Positions 37,072-46,642 of a DNA stretch of 64,000 bases are shown one piece after another. Each line of letters starts with the position of its first letter. Within the stretch, counting starts at the first letter, position 1. The notes beneath the pieces are model-generated. The model was not told the origin of the DNA and did not search any database. It saw only the letters and a list, made by a program, of their open reading frames with translations. This DNA is from a bacterium (lineage in GTDB: Archaea; Thermoplasmatota; E2; JACPAO01; JAHFTW01), in assembly GCA_040390065.1 (NCBI GenBank), contig JAZJZE010000005.1, positions 160,001 through 224,000 of the forward strand. Reading direction: 5' to 3'. A program made the translations under genes and the position numbers.

Positions 37072-37572
37072 ATGGTCGCCGCCGCGAAGAAGTCCATCCA
37101 GGTCGCCGTCGTCATGGGCAGCAAGTCCGACTGGGATTCGATGAAGAACGCAGCCGACACGCTCGCCGCCTTCGGCATCTCGTACGAGGCCCGGGTCCTC
37201 TCGGCGCACCGCGCCCCGCAGGAGTTGCACGCCTGGCTGGCCGGGCTCGCTGCCCGCGGCTGCAAGGTCGTCATCGCCGGTGCCGGCGGGGCGGCCCACC
37301 TCGCCGGCGTCTGCGCGAGCCAAGTCGTCATCCCCGTCATCGGCGTGCCGATGATGACGAAGTCCCTGGGCGGCATGGATTCCCTGTTGTCGACGGCGCA
37401 GATGCCCAAAGGCATCCCGGTGGCCACCGTGGCCATCGGCGACGCCGGCGCAGCCAACGCCGCCTTCCTTGCCGCGCAGATCCTCGCCCTCTCGGACAAG
37501 AAGCTCGCCGCAGCCCTTGCCGCCAAGCGCGCCGACGACCAGGCCAAGATTGCGGCTGAGCGCCTGGAATGA
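37072..37572 (+). CDS. purE: N5-CAIR mutase
   Basis: MGSKSD, SAHRAP, AGAGGAAHLAG, PVIGVP, QMPKGIPVATV. Confidence 0.96.
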   Translation: MVAAAKKSIQVAVVMGSKSDWDSMKNAADTLAAFGISYEARVLSAHRAPQELHAWLAGLAARGCKVVIAGAGGAAHLAGVCASQVVIPVIGVPMMTKSLGGMDSLLSTAQMPKGIPVATVAIGDAGAANAAFLAAQILALSDKKLAAALAAKRADDQAKIAAERLE

Positions 37573-37585
37573 GCGGGGCCTCACA

Positions 37586-38572
37586 ATGACTTCTGGCGTC
37601 CGCCCGCCCGACGACGCCGCCATCCTCGAGGCGGCCAAGATCTTGCGCGCCGGGGGCTTGGTCGTCTTTCCCACCGAGACGGTGTATGGCCTGGGCGCAA
37701 ACGCCCTCGACCCGAACGCAGTGCGCCGTATCTTCATGGCGAAGGGACGCCCCGCCGACAACCCTGTCATCGTGCACGTGCACGACGTGGCCGCTGCACA
37801 GCACCTCGTCCGTGCATGGCCCGCCCTCGCGCAGCGGCTGGCCGACGCATTCTGGCCTGGCCCGCTCAGCCTCATCCTGCCGCGCGCCGATGTCGTGCCG
37901 GCCAGCATCTCGGGCGGCCTCGATTCCGTCGCCATCCGAATCCCACGCCACCCCGCGGCCCAGGCCCTGCTACGCGAAGCAAACCTGCCCGTCGCCGCGC
38001 CAAGCGCCAACAAGTCGGGACGGCCAAGCCCGACGCGGGTGCAGGACGCCATGGCTGACCTCGGCGACAAGGTGCAACTCTACCTGGACGGGGGCCCGAC
38101 GGACGTCGGCGTCGAATCCACGGTGGTCTCCCTGCTGGGACCGAAACCCGTCATCCTGCGGCCGGGCGGCATCACGCGGGAGGCCATCGAAGCCGTCGTC
38201 GGACCCGTGGACGTGCCTGCGCCGCGTGGCCCCACGACCGACGTCGTCGTGTCGCCCGGAATGAAGTACCGGCACTACGCGCCCAAGGCCCACCTCATCG
38301 TCGTGGACGCTGACCGGCTGCACCGCGAATGGGACAAGCTGCGCGGCCACGCCACGAAGGCGCATGTCATCGCCAGCAAGGAGTCGCGGCTTGCCGGAGT
38401 CGACGTGACCACCCTGGCATCACGCAACGACGGTGCCGCTTGGGCCCGCGGACTGTTCTCGCTGCTTCGCGACCTCGACGCCAAGGGCGTGCAGGTCATC
38501 CTCGTCGAGGCCATCCCTGAGAAGGGACTTGGCGTGGCCGTGATGAACCGCCTGCGCAAGGCCGCCGAGTGA
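37586..38572 (+). CDS. sua5: L-threonylcarbamoyladenylate synthase (Sua5)
   Basis: FPTETVYGLGA, KGRPADNP, WPGPL, APSANKSG, PGMKYRHYAP, MNRLRKA. Confidence 0.95.
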   Translation: MTSGVRPPDDAAILEAAKILRAGGLVVFPTETVYGLGANALDPNAVRRIFMAKGRPADNPVIVHVHDVAAAQHLVRAWPALAQRLADAFWPGPLSLILPRADVVPASISGGLDSVAIRIPRHPAAQALLREANLPVAAPSANKSGRPSPTRVQDAMADLGDKVQLYLDGGPTDVGVESTVVSLLGPKPVILRPGGITREAIEAVVGPVDVPAPRGPTTDVVVSPGMKYRHYAPKAHLIVVDADRLHREWDKLRGHATKAHVIASKESRLAGVDVTTLASRNDGAAWARGLFSLLRDLDAKGVQVILVEAIPEKGLGVAVMNRLRKAAE

Positions 38573-40147
38573 TCAGAGGCCCGGCAGGCCGCGCAGCCGT
38601 TCCGCCATGACGCCCATCGCCGTCGCCGTCTCCATGCTGATCCCGCGGCCCGTCAACTCCAGGTGCGCAGGCGCGACGCGCAGCAGCGAAGCAGGCAGGC
38701 CACGCTTGCCCAAACCCATGACGAGACAGACGTGCGTCGCTCCGGCGGCGCGCGCGGCGGACGCCGCATCGGCGAGGGCCATGCCTTTCCCCGGAGCCGG
38801 CTGCGACGTCGTCGCGACGGGAAAACCGAGCCGTGTCCAGTCGGTCGGCGGTTCCTTCGTCGTGCATGGGACGAGCAGGACTCGGCCGGCGCGCACCAGG
38901 TCTTCGAGGTAGCGGCCGCCTTCGCCGATGTTGGTGTCCGCCACGGCCTGGGCGGCGACAGCGCGCACGTCGCTCGCCGGAAAGCCGAGGAGGGCGAGGT
39001 CAAGGTCGAATGCCATGCAGAGAGGGGCTGCCCGCGCAATCGCGCGCAAGTGGACATCCTTCAAGCCGCCCTCGTAGGTATCGTACAGAGCCAAGACGTG
39101 GCGCGTGACGGCGGCGGGCGCGGCGGCTGGCAGAGGCCTTTCCGTCTGCACGGTCGCGTTGGCTGGTCCCGGGCCGGAGGTCGTGGGCGCGGCCGCTTTC
39201 CCGCCAAGGCGCTGCAGGCCAGTCCTGAGGTTTGCCTCGATTGCTTGCCGCGCCTGAGGATCGGTCACATCGGGCACCAGGGCGAGACCCTCCTCCAGCC
39301 AGGACCTCGCCTGGACGGCGTCGCGCAGCCGGTCGGCACGTCCGCCTGAAGCGGCGAGAAGACGGACCCGCGTTTCCACGTCGAGGTCGGCGGCGGCCCC
39401 GGCGATGCGATGCAACGCGGCCACCGACTCGGCGGATGCGACGAGACTGCGCAAGACGTCCAAGCGCACGGCAGGGTCGTCGACGCGCCGGGCGCTCGCC
39501 AAGGAGTGCTCCAGGATGGCCGACGCATGGGACGGGTCGTGAGCGGCGACGTGGTGGTGCAAGGCGCCAAGCAGGCGGGCCCGCAACGCGGCATCCGGGA
39601 CGCCGCGCAGCACATCCACGACGGACGCGGCCGCCCCGGCGTCGGCGGCCGCCTTTGCCACGGCCTTGCCGCCGTCGAGCTCGAAACCCTGGTTGGCCAG
39701 CGCCATGTGGAGGAGGTCGGGGAGACGCTCGACGGGACAACTGTCGGCGACGTCCTGGATGGCCGAGGCAAGCGACTGCCCCGGCGGCATGGCCATGGCC
39801 AGGTCCACGATTCCGTCCAGGAAGCGGGTGCGAGCTGGCGCGGCGGACGGCCCCTCCCGCCACTTGGCGCCCCGCTTGGCCAGATGCCCCAAGAGTTCGG
39901 CCTTGCGAAATCCCCGGTCGACCTTTGCCGCGCGCTTGAGGATGTCATCCAGGATCAGCGCCGCCTTGTCGCCGCTCAGGCGCCGGTCCATGCTGAGCGC
40001 CATCAGGGCCTCGGCGGCAAAGGACGGGTCGGCGATGGTTCCCGCCTCTTCCAGCAATTCGCGCAGGGGTCGGCCGCGACCGGACTTGGCTTCCTGGATG
40101 AGGGCCCGCGCTTGGCTCGGGGGGTGCGGTCGCGGGGGGGAGGCCAT
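38573..40147 (-). CDS. DUF531 (SPOUT-like) domain protein with long N-terminal alpha-helical repeat region
   Basis: C-terminal LYDTY...HLRAIARAAP...TNIGEGG...GLGKRGLP...LTGRGISMETATAMG. Confidence 0.8.
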   Translation of the reverse strand: MASPPRPHPPSQARALIQEAKSGRGRPLRELLEEAGTIADPSFAAEALMALSMDRRLSGDKAALILDDILKRAAKVDRGFRKAELLGHLAKRGAKWREGPSAAPARTRFLDGIVDLAMAMPPGQSLASAIQDVADSCPVERLPDLLHMALANQGFELDGGKAVAKAAADAGAAASVVDVLRGVPDAALRARLLGALHHHVAAHDPSHASAILEHSLASARRVDDPAVRLDVLRSLVASAESVAALHRIAGAAADLDVETRVRLLAASGGRADRLRDAVQARSWLEEGLALVPDVTDPQARQAIEANLRTGLQRLGGKAAAPTTSGPGPANATVQTERPLPAAAPAAVTRHVLALYDTYEGGLKDVHLRAIARAAPLCMAFDLDLALLGFPASDVRAVAAQAVADTNIGEGGRYLEDLVRAGRVLLVPCTTKEPPTDWTRLGFPVATTSQPAPGKGMALADAASAARAAGATHVCLVMGLGKRGLPASLLRVAPAHLELTGRGISMETATAMGVMAERLRGLPGL

Positions 40148-40307
40148 GGAGTTTGCAGCCGCCACCCGGTGAAAAGCTCGCAGGCGGCCGTCCTGGCGTC
40201 AAGCCCGCGAAAGCACGCACCTTCGCCATGGTTGTCCGCGGCTTTGGCCGGCCCGACCGTTGCGCATGTGCCAAACCTTTTTTGCTCGCCGAGTGGACGT
40301 AGGGCTC

Positions 40308-40556
40308 ATGCCCCTGCGAAAGCGGGTCAATACGGGCCTCGACGCGGTCCTCGCGCCGGAGGCCCCGTTCGTCTACCTGCATCGGCCAGCGCCACATCCC
40401 TCTCCCGCGGAGCCGCCGCCCCAGCCGCCCGCGCCCCAGGAGGCGATTCCCCTTGCGACGTTCGAGACCATCATCGACTGCCTCCCCGAGGAGCCCGATG
40501 GGCCAACACCGGAGGCCGTTGCGGCATCCGCCCTGGAGACGTCGGGCCCTCCGTGA
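40308..40556 (+). CDS. Small Pro-rich hypothetical protein
   Basis: ORF from MPLRKRV fills the gap between divergent genes; no recognisable motif. Confidence 0.4.
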   Translation: MPLRKRVNTGLDAVLAPEAPFVYLHRPAPHPSPAEPPPQPPAPQEAIPLATFETIIDCLPEEPDGPTPEAVAASALETSGPP

Positions 40557-40669
40557 TACCCGGCCGCGCGTGTTGCCACCCGGCTTCGGCCGACCTGCGT
40601 TGAAATCCTTGCCTGCCCCTCCTCTTATACGTCCACATGCATAGAATAGGGCTGTTGAAGCCCCACGTG

Positions 40670-41593
40670 ATGGAACAGACCGTGCCTGAAGCCGCGGACG
40701 CAATCCGCACCATGCGTGTGCGCGGCGCCGCTGCCATCGCGTGCCTTGGCGCCACGACGCTTGGGCACCACGTAGCCGGCTTGGCCGGGGGCCTGCCCGC
40801 CGTGCATGCGGGCGCCCGCCGCGCAGCCGGCATCCTGTTTGCGACGCGGCCGACCGCCGTGAGTCTGCGCAACGGCCTGGGCGCGGTCCTTGCACCGGTT
40901 CTTGCGGCGACGGACGCGGACGCGGCGCGGGCTGAGGCCCCGGTCGCGGCCAACGCGTTCGTTGCGGCCGTGGACGCTAGTGGGCAAGCCATCGCCGAAC
41001 ATGGCTCGAGCCTCCTCGCCGCGGGCGGGGCCGTCCTCACGCATTGCCACTCCACGACGGTCATCGACGTGCTGAGGCGGGCCCAGGCACGCGGTGCGGA
41101 CCTGCACGTCTACGCGACCGAGACGCGCCCGTTTCGCCAGGGCCTCGTGACCGTTCGCGCCCTGCACGACGGCGGTGTGCCGTGCACGCTCATCGTCGAC
41201 TCCGCGGTGTCGCACGTGCTCGAGACGAAGGCCATCCGGTGGGTCCTCGTCGGCGCGGACACGGTCGCGGCGGACGGCACGCTGTTCAACAAGGTGGGGA
41301 CGGCGGGGGTCTGCGCGCTGGCGCAGCGTCGCGGGGTGCCCGTCCACAGTGCAGCTGGATTCTACAAGTTCACGCGCCAACCGCCCGGGGCAATCCCGAT
41401 TGAGGAACGCGCCCCGTCGGAGGTCGTCCCGGATTCCGATGTCCCTCCTGGCGTGGCCGTCTTCAACCCCGTCTTTGACCGGACGGCACCCGGCCTGCTG
41501 ACCTCGTACATCACGGAGGCCGGCCCACGCACTCCCGGCGAAGCCGTGCGGCAAGCGCTTGGCCGCCTCCCTGCATCGGAGGCACTCGCATGA
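40670..41593 (+). CDS. Ribose-1,5-bisphosphate isomerase (eIF2B-like family)
   Basis: VRGAAAIA, TRPTAVSL, LTHCHS, ETRPFRQG, VGADTV, NKVGT, NPVFDRT; ATGA overlap with RuBisCO. Confidence 0.92.
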   Translation: MEQTVPEAADAIRTMRVRGAAAIACLGATTLGHHVAGLAGGLPAVHAGARRAAGILFATRPTAVSLRNGLGAVLAPVLAATDADAARAEAPVAANAFVAAVDASGQAIAEHGSSLLAAGGAVLTHCHSTTVIDVLRRAQARGADLHVYATETRPFRQGLVTVRALHDGGVPCTLIVDSAVSHVLETKAIRWVLVGADTVAADGTLFNKVGTAGVCALAQRRGVPVHSAAGFYKFTRQPPGAIPIEERAPSEVVPDSDVPPGVAVFNPVFDRTAPGLLTSYITEAGPRTPGEAVRQALGRLPASEALA

Positions 41594-42795
41594 AGGACGC
41601 CGTCATCGCGACGTACGAACTTGCCGGGGAATTCCCGCTGGAGGACTGCGCCCGCGTCGTCGCCATGGAGCAGTCGACCGGGACCTGGACGCCCTTGGCC
41701 GAGCGCCGCGCCTCCATCGAAGACCGCGTCTCGGCGTGGGTCGTGGACACCGACTCCGCCGCCGGTCTTGCACGCATCGCCTTCCCGTTGGAAATCTTCG
41801 AGACCGCCAACGTCCCCGGCGTCCTTTCCGTCATCGCCGGCAACCTGTTCGGTCTCGGTTCGTTGCGCCAGGCCCGCCTGACGGATGTCGAATTTCCCGC
41901 CGCCTTCTCACGCGCATACCCAGGTCCCGCCTTCGGCATCGCCGGCATCCGCAAGGCCGTGGGCACCGCCTCGTCCGGTCGACCGCACGGGGGCACCATC
42001 GTCAAGCCCAAAGTCGGCCTCGACCCCAAGCAGACGGCCGCCGTCGCCAAAGAAGCCGCCCTCGGCGGCCTGGACCTCATCAAGGACGACGAGACGCTGA
42101 CCGACCAAGCGTTCTGCCCCCTCGACGAACGTGCGCGCCTCGTGCTCGAAGCCCTCGACCAAGCGAAGTCGCAGACCGGCAAGGCCTGCCTGTACGCGGT
42201 CAACGTCACGGCGGGCGCCGATACGATCGCTGAGCGTTGGGACCGCATCAAGCCCTACGGGCCGAACTGCGCAATGGTCGACGTCCTCACCGCCGGCTAC
42301 GACGCGCTGATGGCCCTGCGGCGCACCTGCAACGTCCCCATCCACGTCCACCGCGCGATGCACGGCGCCATGACCCGCTCCGCCGACTTCGGCATCGACA
42401 TGCGCGTCATCGGCCGCCTCGTGCGCCTCTGCGGCGGCGACCAATTGCACATCGGTTCCGCCACGGGCAAGATGGACCACCCGCGGGACCTTGCCGACCT
42501 CGTCGGCGCGCTCAAGGGACCCTGGACCAACCACAAGGCGGTCTTCCCCGTCTCGAGCGGCGGATTGCACCCGGCCCTCGTACCCGCCGAAGTCGCCGCC
42601 TTCGGCAGCGACGTCGTCCTGCAAGCCGGCGGCGGCATCCACGGCCACCCCGACGGCACCCGCGCCGGAGCCAAAGCCCTCATGCAGGCCATCGAGGCCG
42701 TGCACGCAGGCCGTCCGCTCGACAAAGAGCGCGAACCCGAACTGCAAGCCGCCCTGCGGAGGTGGAAGGACGAATCCTATGGCTACGGCACCTGA
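41590..42795 (+). CDS. rbcL: Ribulose-1,5-bisphosphate carboxylase large subunit, form III-type
   Basis: EQSTGTWT, GNLFG, VKPKVG, IKDDE, HRAMH, QLHIG, loop-6 Lys GKM, SSGG, GGGIHGHP; flanked by AMP pathway genes. Confidence 0.92.
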   Translation: MKDAVIATYELAGEFPLEDCARVVAMEQSTGTWTPLAERRASIEDRVSAWVVDTDSAAGLARIAFPLEIFETANVPGVLSVIAGNLFGLGSLRQARLTDVEFPAAFSRAYPGPAFGIAGIRKAVGTASSGRPHGGTIVKPKVGLDPKQTAAVAKEAALGGLDLIKDDETLTDQAFCPLDERARLVLEALDQAKSQTGKACLYAVNVTAGADTIAERWDRIKPYGPNCAMVDVLTAGYDALMALRRTCNVPIHVHRAMHGAMTRSADFGIDMRVIGRLVRLCGGDQLHIGSATGKMDHPRDLADLVGALKGPWTNHKAVFPVSSGGLHPALVPAEVAAFGSDVVLQAGGGIHGHPDGTRAGAKALMQAIEAVHAGRPLDKEREPELQAALRRWKDESYGYGT

Positions 42796-44290
42796 AGAAC
42801 CAAGCCTCTGGACCGTGCACGCCCTCGACATCCACGGCGGCGCCCCCGAAGCCTTCCTGCACGCCCGCGACGCCGACTTGCTCGGCCTGCACCCACTCGA
42901 CCGCGTGCACATCTTCGCCAGCTCCCCGGGCCGCTCGGCAACCGCCATCGTAAGCATCGCGGGCGGATTTGCCCAACCAGGCCACGTCGGCGCTTCGGCT
43001 GAACTGTGGACCACCTTGCGCCTCGAACCCGGCCAACGCGTCCGCCTCGAGCCAGCCCCGCGCCCCAAGAGCGTGCACGCCATCCGCCGCAAACTCGACG
43101 GCGCGCGCCTCGACGCCGCCGACATCCAACTCATCATCCAAGACATCGGACGCGCCAGCCTCAGCCCCGTCGAGATCACAGCCTGGGCCTGCGCCGTCCA
43201 AGTCCACGGTATGGACCCCGACGAAACCGCCGCCTGCATCCAAGCCATGGTCGAAGGCGGCGACCGCATCCACTTCCGCAAAGGCCCCGTCCTCGACGTC
43301 CACTCCATCGGCGGCGTCCCAGGCAACAAATACGCCCCCATCACCGTCTCTATCGCTGCGGCAAACGGCGTCATCATCCCCAAGACCTCCAGCCGCGCCG
43401 TCAGCTCCGCCTGCGGCACCGCCGACTTCATGGAAGTCCTCACCCCCGTTGCACTCTCCGCCGGCCGAGTCCGCGACATCACGGAACGCATCGGCGCAAC
43501 CCTGTGCTGGGGCGGCGCCGTCAACCTCGCCCCCGCCGACGACGCCATCATCCGCGTCGAATACCCACTCCTCCTCGACCCACCATCCCAGATCATCGCC
43601 TCCGTCCTCGCCAAGAAACTCGCCGTCGGCACCGCCAAAGTCCTCATCGACCTGCCCGCAGGACGCGGCGCCAAAGTCTCCAACGACGACGCCACCGCCC
43701 TCGCCCGCCAATTCACCGACGTCGGCCAACGCGTCGGCCTCGAAGTCCAATGCGTCATCACCGACGGAAGCCAACCCATCGGACGAGCCATCGGCCCCAC
43801 CCTCGAAGCCCGCGAAGCCCTACAAGTCCTCGAAGGCGCAACCCAACCCGTCGCACTCGTCGACAAAGCCTGCATGCTCGCCGGCCGCCTCCTCGAAATG
43901 GCCAACAAGACACCACCCGGAACAGGCACCGCCCTCGCCCGCACCACCCTAGCCAATGGCCAAGCCCTCAACAAGTTCCGCGAAATCATCACAGCGCAAG
44001 GCGGCAACGGCGCAATCACAGCCAACGAACTCCAAGCCGGCCCCTACACCGTCGAATACCTCTCCCCAGCCACCGGCACAATCCTACGCATCGACAACAA
44101 AGACCTCTCACAAGTCGCCCGCATCGCCGGCTCACCCCACGACCACGGCGCCGGCCTCCTCCTCACCGCCCAAGTCAACGACCACGTCACCGAAGGCGAA
44201 CCCCTCATGACCATCCACTCCGGCAACGCACGCCACCTCGCCGACGCATTAGTCACGGCGACACAAGAGAAGCCATTCACGATTGGATGA
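42779..44290 (+). CDS. deoA: AMP phosphorylase (thymidine phosphorylase family)
   Basis: N-terminal extension, HSIGGVPGNK, PKTSSRAVSSACGTAD, LAPADD, QPIGRAIGP.LEA. Confidence 0.93.
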   Translation: MATAPEEPSLWTVHALDIHGGAPEAFLHARDADLLGLHPLDRVHIFASSPGRSATAIVSIAGGFAQPGHVGASAELWTTLRLEPGQRVRLEPAPRPKSVHAIRRKLDGARLDAADIQLIIQDIGRASLSPVEITAWACAVQVHGMDPDETAACIQAMVEGGDRIHFRKGPVLDVHSIGGVPGNKYAPITVSIAAANGVIIPKTSSRAVSSACGTADFMEVLTPVALSAGRVRDITERIGATLCWGGAVNLAPADDAIIRVEYPLLLDPPSQIIASVLAKKLAVGTAKVLIDLPAGRGAKVSNDDATALARQFTDVGQRVGLEVQCVITDGSQPIGRAIGPTLEAREALQVLEGATQPVALVDKACMLAGRLLEMANKTPPGTGTALARTTLANGQALNKFREIITAQGGNGAITANELQAGPYTVEYLSPATGTILRIDNKDLSQVARIAGSPHDHGAGLLLTAQVNDHVTEGEPLMTIHSGNARHLADALVTATQEKPFTIG

Positions 44291-44510
44291 ACGCCGACGA
44301 GGAGTGGGGTGCGGGCGAAGGGGCAGGCTGGAATGGAGAATAGCGGGGAAACCCCATACCGAACCAAATCTTAGCGGGTTTGGCGCCTTCTTTGGGCTAT
44401 TCTTGGCTATGCGAGAGAGTAACGTGAGGCTTTCGGAACGACCCTGGCCGAGGGCCGCAACCTGGGCATCCGACCGGCCGCGCGCACGACAATGGCGCCC
44501 GGCCCGCCAT

Positions 44511-44867
44511 TCATTGGACAAGAATGAGAAGGATGCCTGACGGGTCCCAGACGTGCAGGACCCTCGAATCTCCCACGGCCTCGGGTGGCTGAATGCGGGC
44601 AGGGCCGAAATCGCCCTCCGCGAGGACCTGGCCGGCCTTCGTGTACCAGGCGTCGACGTCATGGACGCCCATCATTATCATGAAATTCTGGGCCCACTCC
44701 TTAACGTAGTAGTTCTGGAGACGGAACTGGTTGCCATCGAGCTCGAAGTCGCAGGTCTTGCCCCATCCCGGAGTCATGCGAAATCCGAGCGCCAGGTAGA
44801 ACCGCTTGGACATTTCGAAGTCACGCGCAGGCACGTAGGCCTTGAGGTCCTTGATGGCTGGCCCCAC
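44511..44867 (-). CDS. VOC/glyoxalase family protein
   Basis: YVPARDFEMSKRFY..LGF, DVDAWY, VWDPSGIL. Confidence 0.85.
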   Translation of the reverse strand: MGPAIKDLKAYVPARDFEMSKRFYLALGFRMTPGWGKTCDFELDGNQFRLQNYYVKEWAQNFMIMMGVHDVDAWYTKAGQVLAEGDFGPARIQPPEAVGDSRVLHVWDPSGILLILVQ

Positions 44868-45033
44868 GGACGACCCGAGTCCCCGCTAACCGATGAGGAT
44901 TTCCGCTACATGGATTGGCCGATTTTCTCCCCGCTACTCGCAAGCAGTGCTAAAGACGCGCAACTGGACTAATTACGCGCAATCCAACAGTGAAGGGTTC
45001 GTTCCGGTTCCAAAACGGCAGGGAGTCGCGGTC

Positions 45034-45405
45034 TCATCTCCGGGGGCCGCCAGCGGCTCCTCGTGAAACCTGCACGTCGTAGGCCAACACGAATTGGTTG
45101 CGCTGGTTGAAGGCCTCCAGGCTTGCAGAGTCATCAGGGTTGAATCCGTCCTCGATCAACGGCGCCAGCTTCCTCAGAAATTCGGCTACCTTGGGATCTG
45201 TCCCAGCAAGCTCGACCAGCGACGTCGGCCGGCTACCGTCCGGGAATTCCAAGACGCGCACCATGCGGCCATGGCCCAAGAACAGAGTATTGCGCGTAGC
45301 ACCCATTCCAAGGGCGACCGCGCGACCGCCGTCCGCATTGTTGAGCAACCGCTCGAATTCTGCCTCAGACCCAAGCCGCGCCCTGAAAGAGAAGCATACA
45401 AGCAC
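45034..45405 (-). CDS. Small hypothetical protein, SchA/CurD- or ABM-like ferredoxin fold
   Basis: From GTG 45405: FSFRARLGSEAEFERLL...NTLFLGHGRMVRVLEF. Confidence 0.55.
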   Translation of the reverse strand: MLVCFSFRARLGSEAEFERLLNNADGGRAVALGMGATRNTLFLGHGRMVRVLEFPDGSRPTSLVELAGTDPKVAEFLRKLAPLIEDGFNPDDSASLEAFNQRNQFVLAYDVQVSRGAAGGPRR

Positions 45406-45687
45406 AACCGGGCAAGGGCCTCCGCCGAGATAATTCCGCTGCCGCGGCCGCGGTTTGAAACGCCGGGCGGCCAACACAGACGACCAGGTCCTGGGAATCG
45501 GCCACCGGGCCGTCGGACTAGAGGCTCTCGCGCTGAAGGCAGAGGCCGTTGCCGCCGGCCCTTCGGCGTCAGCATGGGGTCTGCTTGGAAAGCCTCGCCC
45601 TCCACCCGTCGCCTCGGGGTTCGGCATCGAAGCGGCCGCCGCAGCCTCGTCGCGTGGCCTTGATACGCCCGCCGTGCTTCCGCCAAC

Positions 45688-46617
45688 GTGAACCTCGACC
45701 CAGTCGATTGGCGCCTCGTCCGCGAACTCTATGGGTGGGAGTCCAGCTACCCCAAGGGGGCCGACCGGGTCTCCTTCGCCGAATTGGGCACAAAAGCCGG
45801 ACTGCACCCAAAGTCGGTCAAGCAGCGCGTCAAGAAACTACGCGGCGCGGGCGTCATTGACGGCCCATACTTCGAGCCGTGGCCGTCAGCACTTGGCCTG
45901 CACGCGTCGGCCTACGGCTTCGACTCAGGCACTCCACGCGATGCAGCCGCCCTTGAGCGCGGCCTAGCGAGCGTCCCCGAGGTGCAACTGTGCGTCTTCT
46001 CGCGCTCCATCACGTACGTCATCTTCTGGCACGATGGCAAAGATGCTGGACCCACGCTGCGGCGCATTGAGAAATCCGCCGGGCTTGCAAAGCCATGGAA
46101 ATCGTTCTCGACCGCCGACTTCCCGTCCGCTCCGGCGGTCAACCGGTCGCCGCTGGATTGGCGAATCGCCTTGGCCCTACGCCGGACGCCGGCCCGTTCG
46201 CTGGCCGCCGTGGCGCGAGAACTGGGTGTCACAGTGCGAACCGTCGAGCGACGCGCCCGACAACTCATCGAGACGCGGACGGGTGCGATGCAGATCCGTT
46301 TCCGGCCATCCAAGATTGAGGGCTCAATCTACGCGGCCATCGTCGTGCGGGACGGCGACGACCGGGCGCCCGGCAGCCTGGCCGCCGCATTCCCCGACCG
46401 GGTCATCGGACCGTTTGGGGGGCCCGTGAGGCCAAACGTCGGCGTGCCGGTTGCCAACCTGGACGAAGCTGAGCGGCGCGCCAGCGAGGCCGAACTCCTA
46501 CCGGGCATCAAGCGCGTCTCCATGTACCTCGTACGCGATTGGATCTACCCCGTCGCCTTCGATGAGTGGCTGGCCGAACGTGTCGCAAATTGGACGCACG
46601 GCGTGCACCAGCCCTAA
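45688..46617 (+). CDS. Tandem wHTH Lrp/AsnC-like transcriptional regulator
   Basis: Two Lrp-type starts LDPVDWRLV and SPLDWRIA, each followed by an HTH. Confidence 0.8.
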   Translation: MNLDPVDWRLVRELYGWESSYPKGADRVSFAELGTKAGLHPKSVKQRVKKLRGAGVIDGPYFEPWPSALGLHASAYGFDSGTPRDAAALERGLASVPEVQLCVFSRSITYVIFWHDGKDAGPTLRRIEKSAGLAKPWKSFSTADFPSAPAVNRSPLDWRIALALRRTPARSLAAVARELGVTVRTVERRARQLIETRTGAMQIRFRPSKIEGSIYAAIVVRDGDDRAPGSLAAAFPDRVIGPFGGPVRPNVGVPVANLDEAERRASEAELLPGIKRVSMYLVRDWIYPVAFDEWLAERVANWTHGVHQP

Positions 46618-46642
46618 GTCGCAAGGCCGGCCATGTGGGGAC

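Noticed and set aside
41590-42795. RuBisCO-like protein (form IV) for methionine salvage
   Set aside because: Active-site residues of true RuBisCO are retained and the flanking genes are the AMP pathway.
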